Source of the DNA: Thermotogota bacterium
GTDB lineage: Bacteria > Thermotogota > Thermotogae > Petrotogales > Petrotogaceae
DNA: 26,732 nt
Assembly (NCBI GenBank): GCA_051748045.1
Contig: JBNJGY010000025.1
Span: 1 to 26,732, forward strand
Direction: 5' to 3'
The notes under the pieces were generated by a model that did no database searches, had not been told where the DNA came from, and worked only from the letters and a program-made list of their open reading frames with translations. A program made the position numbers and the translations under genes. Positions 1 to 8,868 of the stretch are shown here, in pieces. Within the stretch, counting starts at the first letter, position 1; the number at the start of each line of letters is the position of its first letter.

Positions 1-161
1 TTCCTGTCTTTACTCAGTCACTGACTTCGTTCTGTCTTGACATCTTTTCTTTCTTGGTCTGGCCTCTATCCACTTGTCAAAGAGCTTTTGGTTTTTTCTC
101 TTTCTTTTTTGTTTCTCGCCTTTCGCTTCCCTTCCCTGTTTCTCTCTGGCTACGAAAGCCG
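1..161 (-). ncRNA. Probable rRNA (rrn) operon 5' leader; 16S gene expected beyond the left edge
   Basis: Strongly purine-rich minus strand, non-coding. It follows a consensus promoter and contains a small hairpin GGCT-TTCGT-AGCC (148-160) and the boxA-like GCTCTTTGACAA (85-74). No rRNA sequence itself lies in the window. Confidence 0.65.
74..85 (-). promoter_or_regulatory. boxA antitermination element (NusB/S10 site)
   Basis: Minus strand reads GCTCTTTGACAA, close to the rrn boxA consensus GYTCTTTRAMAA. Confidence 0.7.
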
Positions 162-167
162 AAGATA

Positions 168-197
168 ATACTACCACATTTACACTCTCACTGTCAA
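168..197 (-). promoter_or_regulatory. Strong sigma70/sigmaA promoter (probable rrn promoter)
   Basis: TTGACA (197-192), 18-nt spacer ending in TGG, then TAGTAT (173-168): a perfect -35 plus an extended -10. Confidence 0.75.
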
Positions 198-348
198 TTG
201 CTTTCTCGTTAACTATTACTTTCTGTTTCCTTAACTGTTTCCACGTTTACATGCGTTTGATGGTTATTTCATCTCTTTACTCTAGCTTAACCACAGTAAT
301 TATAATATGTTATATCATTATATTATACATTATTTAAGGAGGTTTTTC

Positions 349-1167
349 ATGTTTATAGATTTAAAAAAATACAAAAATATTATAAAAAAAGAATTAATAA
401 AAGCTAATGAGAGTATAAATCCAGATGTTAAAAATTACCTTAGAGAATATAAAGGATTCTTTTCAGATATATTAAACAATAATTATATTATTTCTGAAAA
501 TAATTCTTTACCTTTATGCCAAGATACAGGAATAATAGAGTTTTTCTTTTTTATTAATAAAAATGATTTCTTTAATACAAATATTCAAGATTTTATGAAT
601 TCAATTGTAGAAGAGGTATATAAAGAAAAAAATTATAGATATTCAACTGTTATTGATCCTTTTTTATACAGAAAAAATTCATTTGATAATTTACCTGCAA
701 TGGTCAATATTATACCAACAGAAGAAAAATCTAAACTATCATTCTTAATAAAAGGGGGAGGAAGTGAAAATTTATCTTTTCTCAAGATGTTAAATCCAAC
801 TATTAATAAAGATGATTTAATAGAAGCTATTTCATCACATATAAGAGATAATGGCTCTAGGGCTTGTCCTCCATTAGTTCTAGGCATTGGTCTAGGTGGT
901 ACTTCTGAAAAAGCTATGCTTAATTCAAAAATATCCTTATTAAAAAACTTTAATGATTATAATGAGGATAAAGGATATGAAATGTTAGAAAAGGAAATTG
1001 AAAATAGATTAAATAACTTAAATATTGGTGTACAAGGTCTTAAAGAAGGTAAAACTGTATTGTCCGCAAAAATAAGCACCTTACCTTCTCACATCGCATC
1101 ATTATCTTTAGCAATCTCTGTTGATTGTTATTTAAATAGAAAAGGAGTTGTTGTTTTTGAAAAATAA
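349..1167 (+). CDS. Class I Fe-S fumarate hydratase (tartrate/fumarate hydro-lyase), alpha subunit
   Basis: Motifs LPLCQDTG, KGGGSEN, ACPP and C-terminal DC. AGGAGG RBS precedes ATG at 349; the track start at 307 is too early. Confidence 0.92.
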   Translation: MFIDLKKYKNIIKKELIKANESINPDVKNYLREYKGFFSDILNNNYIISENNSLPLCQDTGIIEFFFFINKNDFFNTNIQDFMNSIVEEVYKEKNYRYSTVIDPFLYRKNSFDNLPAMVNIIPTEEKSKLSFLIKGGGSENLSFLKMLNPTINKDDLIEAISSHIRDNGSRACPPLVLGIGLGGTSEKAMLNSKISLLKNFNDYNEDKGYEMLEKEIENRLNNLNIGVQGLKEGKTVLSAKISTLPSHIASLSLAISVDCYLNRKGVVVFEK

Positions 1168-1654
1168 CTTAGCTGCGGGTCAGTTTATTGAGTATACAGG
1201 TGAAATGATAATTATGAGGGATGCAGCACACAAAAAGATATATGATTTTTATAATGAGAATAAAAAAATTCCTATTGATTTTAAAAATAAAATTATTTTC
1301 TATGCTGGGCCAGCTAAAAAACCAGAAAATGAAATAATAGGTTCAATAGGGCCAACTACAAGTAAGAGGATGGATGATTATCTTGAAATAATGTATAAAT
1401 TAGGTATTAAGTCTACTATAGGCAAAGGTAATAGAAGCGATTTTGTTTCAGTGTTAAATAAACAATATAAAAGAAACTATTTTATATGTCCTTCGGGTGC
1501 AGCAGCCGCTTTATCAACAAAAATATTAAAATATGAAATTATAGCTTTTGAAGAGTTAGGAGCAGAAGCTATTCAAAGAATTGAAGTTAAAGATTTCCCT
1601 TTAATTGTTGCAATTGATGAAAAGGGAAATAATCTTTATAATATTTCAAACTAG
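1157..1654 (+). CDS. Class I Fe-S fumarate hydratase, beta subunit
   Basis: Motifs RDAAHK, GPTTSKRM, IGKG and ELGAEA. Overlaps the alpha stop. AAGGAG RBS favours TTG at 1157 (1148 and 1151 are in-frame alternatives). Confidence 0.9.
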   Translation: MKNNLAAGQFIEYTGEMIIMRDAAHKKIYDFYNENKKIPIDFKNKIIFYAGPAKKPENEIIGSIGPTTSKRMDDYLEIMYKLGIKSTIGKGNRSDFVSVLNKQYKRNYFICPSGAAAALSTKILKYEIIAFEELGAEAIQRIEVKDFPLIVAIDEKGNNLYNISN

Positions 1655-2085
1655 TAATTCAAGACCATAATATGTTCGGATCCATATACTTGGCCATTAA
1701 AATCAAAATTATATTTTTTATACAAATTTACAGCTTTAATACTATCTATATGAACCCCTAGATAAATTTTATTATGCTCTTTATCTTCTTTTATAGTTTT
1801 TATAAGTGTTTTTAATGCTTCTTCGCCATAACCTTTAGATTGATATTTTTCATCAATCATTAATCTATAAATCCAATATTCACCATCATCACTATCAATA
1901 CAATACATTAAAAAACCTACTAATAAATCATCGTCATATACACACATAGGTTTACATTCTGGTTGAACTTTTGATTGCGCAATAGATACAGCATTGGTGG
2001 TTACATATTCACTTTGTTCTTTAGATACTGAAAGTTCTATACATTCCCAGAAATTTTCTTGTGTTACATTTTTTAATGTTATCAA
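1651..2085 (-). CDS. GNAT N-acetyltransferase (spermidine/diamine acetyltransferase-like)
   Basis: RLMIDEKYQSKGYG acetyl-CoA motif A, AVNLYKK motif B, GAGGTGA RBS. Confidence 0.88.
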   Translation of the reverse strand: MITLKNVTQENFWECIELSVSKEQSEYVTTNAVSIAQSKVQPECKPMCVYDDDLLVGFLMYCIDSDDGEYWIYRLMIDEKYQSKGYGEEALKTLIKTIKEDKEHNKIYLGVHIDSIKAVNLYKKYNFDFNGQVYGSEHIMVLNY

Positions 2086-2112
2086 AAAATCACCTCTTTT
2101 TTAAATTATTAA

Positions 2113-2121
2113 ATTATACCA
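2113..2121 (-). promoter_or_regulatory. Extended -10 promoter for the GNAT gene
   Basis: TGGTATAAT on the minus strand, about 28 nt upstream of the start and directly after the pepD terminator U-tract. Confidence 0.55.
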
Positions 2122-2122
2122 T

Positions 2123-2172
2123 AAAAAAATGACCGAAGCTAATTAAAATGGAGTTTTAGCTTCGGTCATTTT
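2123..2172 (-). terminator. Intrinsic terminator of pepD
   Basis: 17-bp inverted repeat AAAATGACCGAAGCTAA / TTAGCTTCGGTCATTTT with a T7 run on the minus strand. Confidence 0.85.
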
Positions 2173-2175
2173 ATT

Positions 2176-3630
2176 TTATAATTCTTTTAATACTTCTTTT
2201 AAAAATTCCCACATTCTATTTATTGAAGATATACTAATATGTTCGTCAGGTGTATGGACATCATACATATTCGGACCAAATGAAATCATGTCAACATTAT
2301 CCAACTTTTGAGATAACAACCCACATTCTAAGCCAGCGTGTATTGCAGCTATTTCAGGTTCTTTATTGAATTTCTCTGTATAAACTTTTTTAAAAACATC
2401 TCTTATTTTTGAATCTGGTTGATATTGCCAAGCCGGATAAGGAGCACTTGTTATTATTTCAGCCCCTATCATTTCAGATACCAATCTAGCTGTATGATGA
2501 ACTTCCTGCTTTTTAGATTCGACTGAACTCCTTGTAGCTGAATCGAATTCTATTGAATACTCATGTGTTTTTACAACACCTAAATTTGAAGAAGTCTCAA
2601 CTAAATCTTCAATTTCAGAAGACATACCTAAAACACCATTTGGTATTAAGTTTAATAAAGTTATCATTTTACTAGTTGTTGTTTTTGAAAAGACCTTTTT
2701 AACTTCTTCAGATATTTTTGAGATAGTAATATCTATATTGGAATCTTGAACTCTATATTCTTTTTGGAATATTTCATTCCATTTTTTTATTTTTTCTTCC
2801 ATTTCATCTAAATCTTTATTCTTCATCATAATCTTCGTAACAAATTCTCTTGGTATAGCATTATCTTTTGCTCCGCCATTAACAGAATAAATATAAAAAT
2901 CCATTGTATCATTGGCATCTAATAAAAATCTCCCCATCAATTTGTTAGCATTTCCTCTTTGTTTATTAATTTCCATTCCTGAGTGTCCGCCTTTTAACCC
3001 ACCTAATTTTATTTTGAAAGGTAATAACTCATCTTTAGCTTTTTCCCATTCTATATTTAACCTAATTTTATCTCTCATTCCACCTGCACAAGAAACTAAA
3101 AAAACACCTTCTTCTTCTGAATCAATATTAATAAGAGTTTTTCCTTTTATATTTTTTGGTGAAAGATTATTTGCTCCTCCCATACCTGTTTCCTCATCAC
3201 TTGTTATAAGCATTTCTAAAGGAGGATGTGGTATGTCATTAGAATCCAAAAGAGCTAACTGATATGCAACTGCTATACCATCGTCAGCGCCTAAAGTTGT
3301 TCCCGTAGCGTAAATATAATCATCTTCAACTCTTAATTTTATGGGATCTTTTGTAAAGTCGTGTTTTGTATCTAAATTTTTCTCACATACCATATCCATA
3401 TGACCTTGAAGTGTAACAAAATCATGATTTTCAAAACCTTTTGTGCCTGGTTTTCTAATGATCACATTTAATGCTTCGTCTTGTATGTATTCTAAATCTC
3501 TCTTTTTTGCAAAAGATACTAACCAATCACTAACCTTTTCTTCTTCTTTTGAACATCGAGGTATTTTAGATAATTCTTCAAACCAATAAAGAACTTTTTC
3601 TGGAGATATTCCTTTTAATACTCTTTCCAT
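2176..3630 (-). CDS. pepD: Aminoacyl-histidine dipeptidase (peptidase M20, PepD)
   Basis: LQGHMDMVCEK, TTLGADDGI, DEETGM, NIDSEEEG, GGHSG, IHAGLECG and HTPDE motifs; 484 aa. Confidence 0.96.
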   Translation of the reverse strand: MERVLKGISPEKVLYWFEELSKIPRCSKEEEKVSDWLVSFAKKRDLEYIQDEALNVIIRKPGTKGFENHDFVTLQGHMDMVCEKNLDTKHDFTKDPIKLRVEDDYIYATGTTLGADDGIAVAYQLALLDSNDIPHPPLEMLITSDEETGMGGANNLSPKNIKGKTLINIDSEEEGVFLVSCAGGMRDKIRLNIEWEKAKDELLPFKIKLGGLKGGHSGMEINKQRGNANKLMGRFLLDANDTMDFYIYSVNGGAKDNAIPREFVTKIMMKNKDLDEMEEKIKKWNEIFQKEYRVQDSNIDITISKISEEVKKVFSKTTTSKMITLLNLIPNGVLGMSSEIEDLVETSSNLGVVKTHEYSIEFDSATRSSVESKKQEVHHTARLVSEMIGAEIITSAPYPAWQYQPDSKIRDVFKKVYTEKFNKEPEIAAIHAGLECGLLSQKLDNVDMISFGPNMYDVHTPDEHISISSINRMWEFLKEVLKEL

Positions 3631-3786
3631 CGTAGTCCCTCCTTATATATTATAGTGTCAAAGATATTATATCATTAATTTGCTTTGCTAATTAATGTTT
3701 AATATAAAATTATAAATTTTTTATTGGTATGTTTATAACAAAGATATAAAATTATTTTGGTTTACAAAAAATATGGAGGTTTTTCA

Positions 3787-4803
3787 ATGAAAAAAAATAT
3801 ACCAGGTTTATTATTAGTAATAGTAATATCTTTATTATCTATGTTTTTAAATTCTACAATTTTCGATTATATTGAAACTCTAACTATAGGTATTATAATT
3901 TCTATTTTAATAAAAAATATTTTTAGTTTGAATATTTCATTTAATCATGGAATTAATTATTCTTTAAAAAATATTTTAAAGATTGGAATTGTATTATTAG
4001 GGGTTAAACTCAATTTTGCCTTGATTTATGATTTAGGTTGGAAAATATTTATTCTGGTATCTTTTGTAATAATTTTCGCTTTAATTTTTTCTAATTATTT
4101 AGGTAAAAAATTAGGATTAAATAAAAAAATATCGACTTTATTAGGTGTGGGATCTTCTATTTGTGGAGCTTCAGCAATAGTAGCTATGAGTTCTGTAATT
4201 GATTCTGATGAAAACGATACTACAATTTCAGTAGCTGTGATTTCTTTATTAGGAGCCTTAGGGGTTATTTTGTTTTCATTTTTTTCTTATTTAATTAATT
4301 TTTCAGATTTGGAGTTTGGTATTTGGTCAGGTAGTTCATTACAAGGAGTAGCTCATGCTTTAGCGGCAGCTGGGGCAAGAGGAGCAGATTCATTGAGCTT
4401 AGAAATAGGTACTTTAGTTAAAATGTCGAGGGTTGCTTTATTAGCTCCAGTAGCTCTATTAATTAGCTTTACCTTTAAAAAAAAGTCATTAAATTCTAAA
4501 AATAAACAAGTAAAATTTCCTATGTATGTTATATGGTTTCTTTCAGTGGGTCTTGTTGTATCAGTCATTAATTATTTTAGTTTGTTCCCATTAAGCTTCT
4601 CTTTTGGGAATAATTATGTGGATATCATAAATATTTTAAAATCAGTAAGTAGTTTTTTCATTCTGATGGGTATGGTTTCAATGGGGTTAAAAGTTGATTT
4701 GAAAGAATTTAAAAAGAGTGGGACAAACTCATTAATAGTTGGTATTTTAACTTTCTTATCTATATCTACAATTAGCTTTATATATATATCATTATTTATA
4801 TAA
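3787..4803 (+). CDS. YeiH/UPF0324 family putative sulfate/sulfite exporter
   Basis: About 10 TM helices; GIVLLG, GSSICGASAIVA and VKMSRV motifs; GGAGG RBS before ATG 3787. Confidence 0.9.
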   Translation: MKKNIPGLLLVIVISLLSMFLNSTIFDYIETLTIGIIISILIKNIFSLNISFNHGINYSLKNILKIGIVLLGVKLNFALIYDLGWKIFILVSFVIIFALIFSNYLGKKLGLNKKISTLLGVGSSICGASAIVAMSSVIDSDENDTTISVAVISLLGALGVILFSFFSYLINFSDLEFGIWSGSSLQGVAHALAAAGARGADSLSLEIGTLVKMSRVALLAPVALLISFTFKKKSLNSKNKQVKFPMYVIWFLSVGLVVSVINYFSLFPLSFSFGNNYVDIINILKSVSSFFILMGMVSMGLKVDLKEFKKSGTNSLIVGILTFLSISTISFIYISLFI

Positions 4804-4805
4804 AT

Positions 4806-4828
4806 AGACCTGTACTTAATACAGGTCT
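4806..4828. terminator. Hairpin between convergent yeiH-like and Nudix genes
   Basis: AGACCTGTA-cttaa-TACAGGTCT; the right arm overlaps the last codons of the Nudix gene. Confidence 0.65.
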
Positions 4829-5367
4829 TTAATTTCATTTATAACAAACTTTTCTGATGTTTTGTAAGTTATATCTACATATTTCTTTTTATCATCAAAT
4901 ATATGATTTAGTAATTCAGTATCTATTGATGTTATATTATTTTTATTTAATTCTTCTTTTCTCACCCAATTCAATATACCCTCATCACTGTCAATCAAAG
5001 GTTGTTTTTTTATTTTTGAAGTATAGATAATTAATATCCAATTATAATGATTAGGTCCATCTTCTGATGTTATAATTTCAAGTGACATACTCTTTAAATT
5101 AATTCCTGTTTCTTCAAAGAATTCTCTTCTCATAGATTCTTCAATATCTTCTTCATAATCTGTTTTTCCTCCAGGGGCTACTAATTTACCTGAAAAAGGT
5201 TCTTTGTATCTTTCTAATAATAGAAATTCACCATGTTCATTCTCCGCATAACATATAACTGCCAATTTTTGTTTTTTATTTTTTATTATTTTTTTTAAAT
5301 CAAGTTTTATACTTTTAGTTTTTAAATATTTTTCTATTTTTTTATTATTTAATCTATAATCTTTCAT
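4816..5367 (-). CDS. Nudix hydrolase (MutT/MutX-like)
   Basis: Nudix box GGKTDYEEDIEESMRREFFEETGI; downstream SDEG.L.WV motif. Confidence 0.9.
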   Translation of the reverse strand: MKDYRLNNKKIEKYLKTKSIKLDLKKIIKNKKQKLAVICYAENEHGEFLLLERYKEPFSGKLVAPGGKTDYEEDIEESMRREFFEETGINLKSMSLEIITSEDGPNHYNWILIIYTSKIKKQPLIDSDEGILNWVRKEELNKNNITSIDTELLNHIFDDKKKYVDITYKTSEKFVINEIKDLY

Positions 5368-5461
5368 ATTTATTCTCCCTTCAAAATTAATATATTAAAT
5401 CGTTTTTAAATAATTTTATCATGATAAAATATAAATATATAACTCAAAATGGAGGTTAATC

Positions 5462-6103
5462 ATGAGAGAAAAATTATTAAAATGGAAATACAAAGAATTA
5501 GGTGAACAAATGATTCAAACTTTAAAAAACAAAAAACATGACGCGTATTTAGTTGAATCAAAAGAAGATGTTGTTGATATAATAAAATCTTTTATGCCAG
5601 AAAAATCATCTGCAGCTATAGGTGGTTCAATAACCTTACACGAAACAGGAGTTATAGACTTTTTACAGAAAAATGACTTTGAATTTTTTAATAGAAACGA
5701 TGCTAAAACCGAAGAAGAAAAAAGAAAAATGTTTTTAAAGGCATTTGATGTAGATTTTTTCTTTTGTAGTGCAAATGCTATAACTAAAGATGGAATGATT
5801 GTACAATTAGACGGAAACGGAACAAGGGTAGCTCCTATGATTTGGGGTCCTAAGCATGTCGTTATGGTAGTTGGGATGAATAAAATAGTTCCTAACCTAA
5901 AATGTGCTAATGAAAGGATTAATGAAATATCTCCGATGAACGCTAAAAGATTAGATACAAAAACTCCATGTGTTAGATTCGGGGAATGTATTGATTGCGA
6001 ATCTAGAGAAAGAATTTGTATTCATAGAACAATTGTTGAAACGGGGGTAAGACATCCAGGTAGATTTAAAATAATTTTGGTTACTGAAGATTTAGGGCTG
6101 TGA
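5462..6103 (+). CDS. LUD-domain (lactate utilization, DUF1121-type) protein
   Basis: GGSITL, SANAIT.DG, DGNGTRVA, GMNKIV and C-terminal TPC...C..C......C cluster; GGAGG RBS; TGATAAAAT at 5422-5430. Confidence 0.88.
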   Translation: MREKLLKWKYKELGEQMIQTLKNKKHDAYLVESKEDVVDIIKSFMPEKSSAAIGGSITLHETGVIDFLQKNDFEFFNRNDAKTEEEKRKMFLKAFDVDFFFCSANAITKDGMIVQLDGNGTRVAPMIWGPKHVVMVVGMNKIVPNLKCANERINEISPMNAKRLDTKTPCVRFGECIDCESRERICIHRTIVETGVRHPGRFKIILVTEDLGL

Positions 6104-6119
6104 TTGCACAGTCCTTTTT
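6094..6119 (+). terminator. Intrinsic terminator overlapping the LUD stop codon
   Basis: AGGGCTGTG-attg-CACAGTCCT followed by a T-run. Confidence 0.7.
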
Positions 6120-6120
6120 A

Positions 6121-6405
6121 TTATTTATTTTTATTCTTTTTATCCATTGTATAAACATAAGCTAAAACTTCAGCAGCAACTTTATACATTTCTGGAGGAA
6201 TTTCTAAATTAAGATCAATCCCATAAAATTCTTCAACTGCATTCTGATCTTCTATAACAGGTACATCTTCTTCTTGGGCTACCTCTAATATTTTTGCTGC
6301 AATGTCATTCAATCCTTTCGCAACAACTTTTGGTGCTTTTTCAGTTCCTTTCCTATATCTGAGAGCTACTGCTTTTTTATATTCTTTTTTACCATTAATA
6401 TCCAT
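6121..6405 (-). CDS. FlhB C-terminal-domain-like protein (EscU/YscU/FlhB switch family, YlqH/FlhX type)
   Basis: AVALRY, APKVVAKG, VPVIED and EIPPEMYKVAAEVLAYVY; 94 aa with no TM domain. Confidence 0.9.
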   Translation of the reverse strand: MDINGKKEYKKAVALRYRKGTEKAPKVVAKGLNDIAAKILEVAQEEDVPVIEDQNAVEEFYGIDLNLEIPPEMYKVAAEVLAYVYTMDKKNKNK

Positions 6406-6407
6406 AT

Positions 6408-7187
6408 TTATTCACCTTTTAAATTAAATATTGTAATTTCTGGAGGAGTTAGAAATCTTAAACTGAACCAAGAACCTAACCCTCTATTTATATAAACTTT
6501 AGTATTCTTATAATCATGCATACCCTTTAAAAACTCTGAATAATTGCCTATTTTGTTAATCAGTAATTTGGTAATAAAAGGAATAAAAACCTGACCTCCG
6601 TGAGTATGACCCGCTAGTGTTAAATCGGAGTTTTTTATAATTTCATTATTTTTTTGTATATTATCTGGTACATGTGTGAGAAATAAGCTGTATAAATCTT
6701 CATAATTTTCATAATACTCTAACTTATAAAACATAGGCAATCCAGTGATCATAATTCTATTATTTCTAACTTCTATCATTTCACTTTTCCCTTCTATTAA
6801 ATGAATCTTTTTATAGGCGTAAGCTTGATTTACTTTATTTAAATCTTGAAAATCCCAGTTTCCATAAATAACATATACTTCTGAAAATTCAGACAATAAT
6901 TTAAAAAATTTATTAAGACTCTCTTGATCGGTATTCTTTCTTAATGAATCACCAGTATAAACAATAAAATCTGGATTTATTCTCTCAATCTTTTTTAAAA
7001 CTAAATCATGAAAAAAATAGTAATTATTTATATGTAAATCAGATATTTGAATAAACTTAACTTCTCCTTGTATTTTTTCCGTATTTATAGAAATTTCTTT
7101 TTTTATTATTATAAAATTTGGTTCAATTAAAAATATATAGATTAAAAAACCAGCAATTATAAGAAAAAATAAATATCTTTTTTTCAT
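6408..7187 (-). CDS. Membrane-anchored metallophosphoesterase (YkuE-like)
   Basis: N-terminal TM; SDLH, TGD, GNWD, HVPD, LAGHTHGGQ and RGLG motifs. Confidence 0.9.
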   Translation of the reverse strand: MKKRYLFFLIIAGFLIYIFLIEPNFIIIKKEISINTEKIQGEVKFIQISDLHINNYYFFHDLVLKKIERINPDFIVYTGDSLRKNTDQESLNKFFKLLSEFSEVYVIYGNWDFQDLNKVNQAYAYKKIHLIEGKSEMIEVRNNRIMITGLPMFYKLEYYENYEDLYSLFLTHVPDNIQKNNEIIKNSDLTLAGHTHGGQVFIPFITKLLINKIGNYSEFLKGMHDYKNTKVYINRGLGSWFSLRFLTPPEITIFNLKGE

Positions 7188-7339
7188 TTATATCTCTCCA
7201 ATCAAAATAACTCTTTAATCCTTTTTATTTCTTTTTTTCACATTCAATTATACTATAATAATATTTTTTAATTTATGTTAATTATGGTAAAATTAATGTG
7301 AAGATATATTTCCATATCAAAACAAAGGGGGAGATTCAA

Positions 7340-8410
7340 ATGCAAAGCATAATCAACATTAATCTCGATGGTGAAATTGTAACAATAACTGATAAAACAC
7401 CTTTTCCAATTTTGTTAGCAGAGTTTTTATACGAAGGTGACTTTGATTTAATGACTGCAGATCTTAAAGATAAAAAAGACTTATTGGAAGAGGCTAAAAA
7501 AGTCGCGAAACTTATGGAAAACTTACCTGGGTTAACTTCGAATTTTATCACCCGACCTTTTGTATTCAATGATTTCATGACATACATGGATGAGTTTAAC
7601 ATAAAACCATCTGACCTGAACCACGTTTCTTTAAATGGAATGTTTGATATTGTTCTTGAAAGGGCAGATAGAAAAGCTTTTGATATTGTTAAAGAGATAA
7701 TAGACTTCATGTTAAAAATAGATTCTAACTTTGCTCCTGCATATGAACTTCTTGGTTCTATTTTAATAGAAGAAGGAGAATTTGAAAAAGGTAAAGAATA
7801 TTTAGAAAAAGCAGCAAAAATTGATCCTTGGAATATAGCCGCACTTTCTGAATTAGGAGAAGCATACTTTAATTTGAAAGAATACAACAAAGCTGCTGAA
7901 ATATGGAAAAAAGAAATTGAACTTTCTCCAAATAACTATGTGACATATTTTATGATTAGTGATGCTTATATTGAAATAGGAGAATTTGAAAAGGCTGCTC
8001 ATAATTTAGAAAAATTCCTCAGTAGATTCCCAAAAAGTATATTAGGTAAATATGAATTATCTGATTTATATAGAAAATTAGAAAGAAACATAGAAGCAGA
8101 TGAATTAAAAGATGAAATCTTGAATACAACGCCTGAATATCAAAGCGATATAGAAATCTGGTCAAAAATAATGATAGAAAAACAAAAATATGAAAGAGTT
8201 GTGAAATTTATAGAAAGATATGTAAGAGATAATGACGATAACGATCATTTCCATTTATTGCTTGTAGTTCCTTATATAAAAACTGGAAGAAAAGCAGAAG
8301 CTAAAGAAATATACAAAAAAATGAAAGAGAAATATAGTTGGTATATTTATGGTTTGAAAAATGTTTTTGATGAAAATCTAACTGAAGAAGAGAAGTCAAT
8401 ACTAAATTGA
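7340..8410 (+). CDS. Tetratricopeptide repeat protein
   Basis: Several TPR-like helical repeats (AYELLG...GEFEKG...IDP; ALSELG...ELSP). GGGGGAG RBS before ATG 7340; TGGTAAAAT at 7285-7293. Confidence 0.82.
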   Translation: MQSIININLDGEIVTITDKTPFPILLAEFLYEGDFDLMTADLKDKKDLLEEAKKVAKLMENLPGLTSNFITRPFVFNDFMTYMDEFNIKPSDLNHVSLNGMFDIVLERADRKAFDIVKEIIDFMLKIDSNFAPAYELLGSILIEEGEFEKGKEYLEKAAKIDPWNIAALSELGEAYFNLKEYNKAAEIWKKEIELSPNNYVTYFMISDAYIEIGEFEKAAHNLEKFLSRFPKSILGKYELSDLYRKLERNIEADELKDEILNTTPEYQSDIEIWSKIMIEKQKYERVVKFIERYVRDNDDNDHFHLLLVVPYIKTGRKAEAKEIYKKMKEKYSWYIYGLKNVFDENLTEEEKSILN

Positions 8411-8868
8411 ATAGTAAAACTTATAGGGGGCTAATTTTTAGCTCCCTAGTTTTTTTAGTAAATTTATCATTCTTATTTCTAAATAAAAATTTTTTTGATT
8501 TTATTTTTATAAATAGCATTTTATTCGCTGGAATAGTAGATTTTTATAAAATGATAATTCCAGATATAAGCAGTATAATAATATTGATTATCTCTTTCAT
8601 AAATTTTGATATTTATAATGTTTTTTATGCTTCTTTTATTCTGTTTATTACATTAGTATTTTACAATAGCAATAGATTGGGTTTTGGGGATGTAAAATTA
8701 TTAACAACAATAACTCTTTATGTAGGATTTGAAATTTTTTACTTTTTAATAATTTCTGCTTTTATTGTTTTTTCTATTAATTTTAATAAAAAAGAAACTA
8801 AAATCCCATTTGGTTTTTATATAATGTTAGCTATAATTGTTTATTATTTTATTGAGGTGATTTTATGA
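8407..8868 (+). CDS. Prepilin peptidase (A24 family, peptidase domain only)
   Basis: Hydrophobic; first catalytic Asp in IVDFYKMIIPD, LGFGDVKL motif, IPFG tail; 4-nt overlap with the upstream gene. Confidence 0.78.
   Translation: MNSKTYRGLIFSSLVFLVNLSFLFLNKNFFDFIFINSILFAGIVDFYKMIIPDISSIIILIISFINFDIYNVFYASFILFITLVFYNSNRLGFGDVKLLTTITLYVGFEIFYFLIISAFIVFSINFNKKETKIPFGFYIMLAIIVYYFIEVIL

Noticed and set aside
33..42. TGTCTTGACA resembling a NiaR operator core
   Set aside because: Lies inside the rrn-like leader, not upstream of NAD genes, and the flanks do not match.
74..337. 87-aa + strand ORF
   Set aside because: Low-complexity F/S/L product of the pyrimidine-rich antisense of the rrn-like leader; no RBS.
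633..887. Antisense or alternate-frame ORFs inside real genes (also 2912-3262, 4353-4568, 4614-4838, 7336-7890, 12245-12439, 14245-14451, 16277-16513, 17979-18170, 18960-19253, 20304-20510, 20735-20959, 21617-21799, 22099-22299, 23823-24151, 25281-25562)
   Set aside because: Shadows of well-supported genes, with no recognisable motifs.
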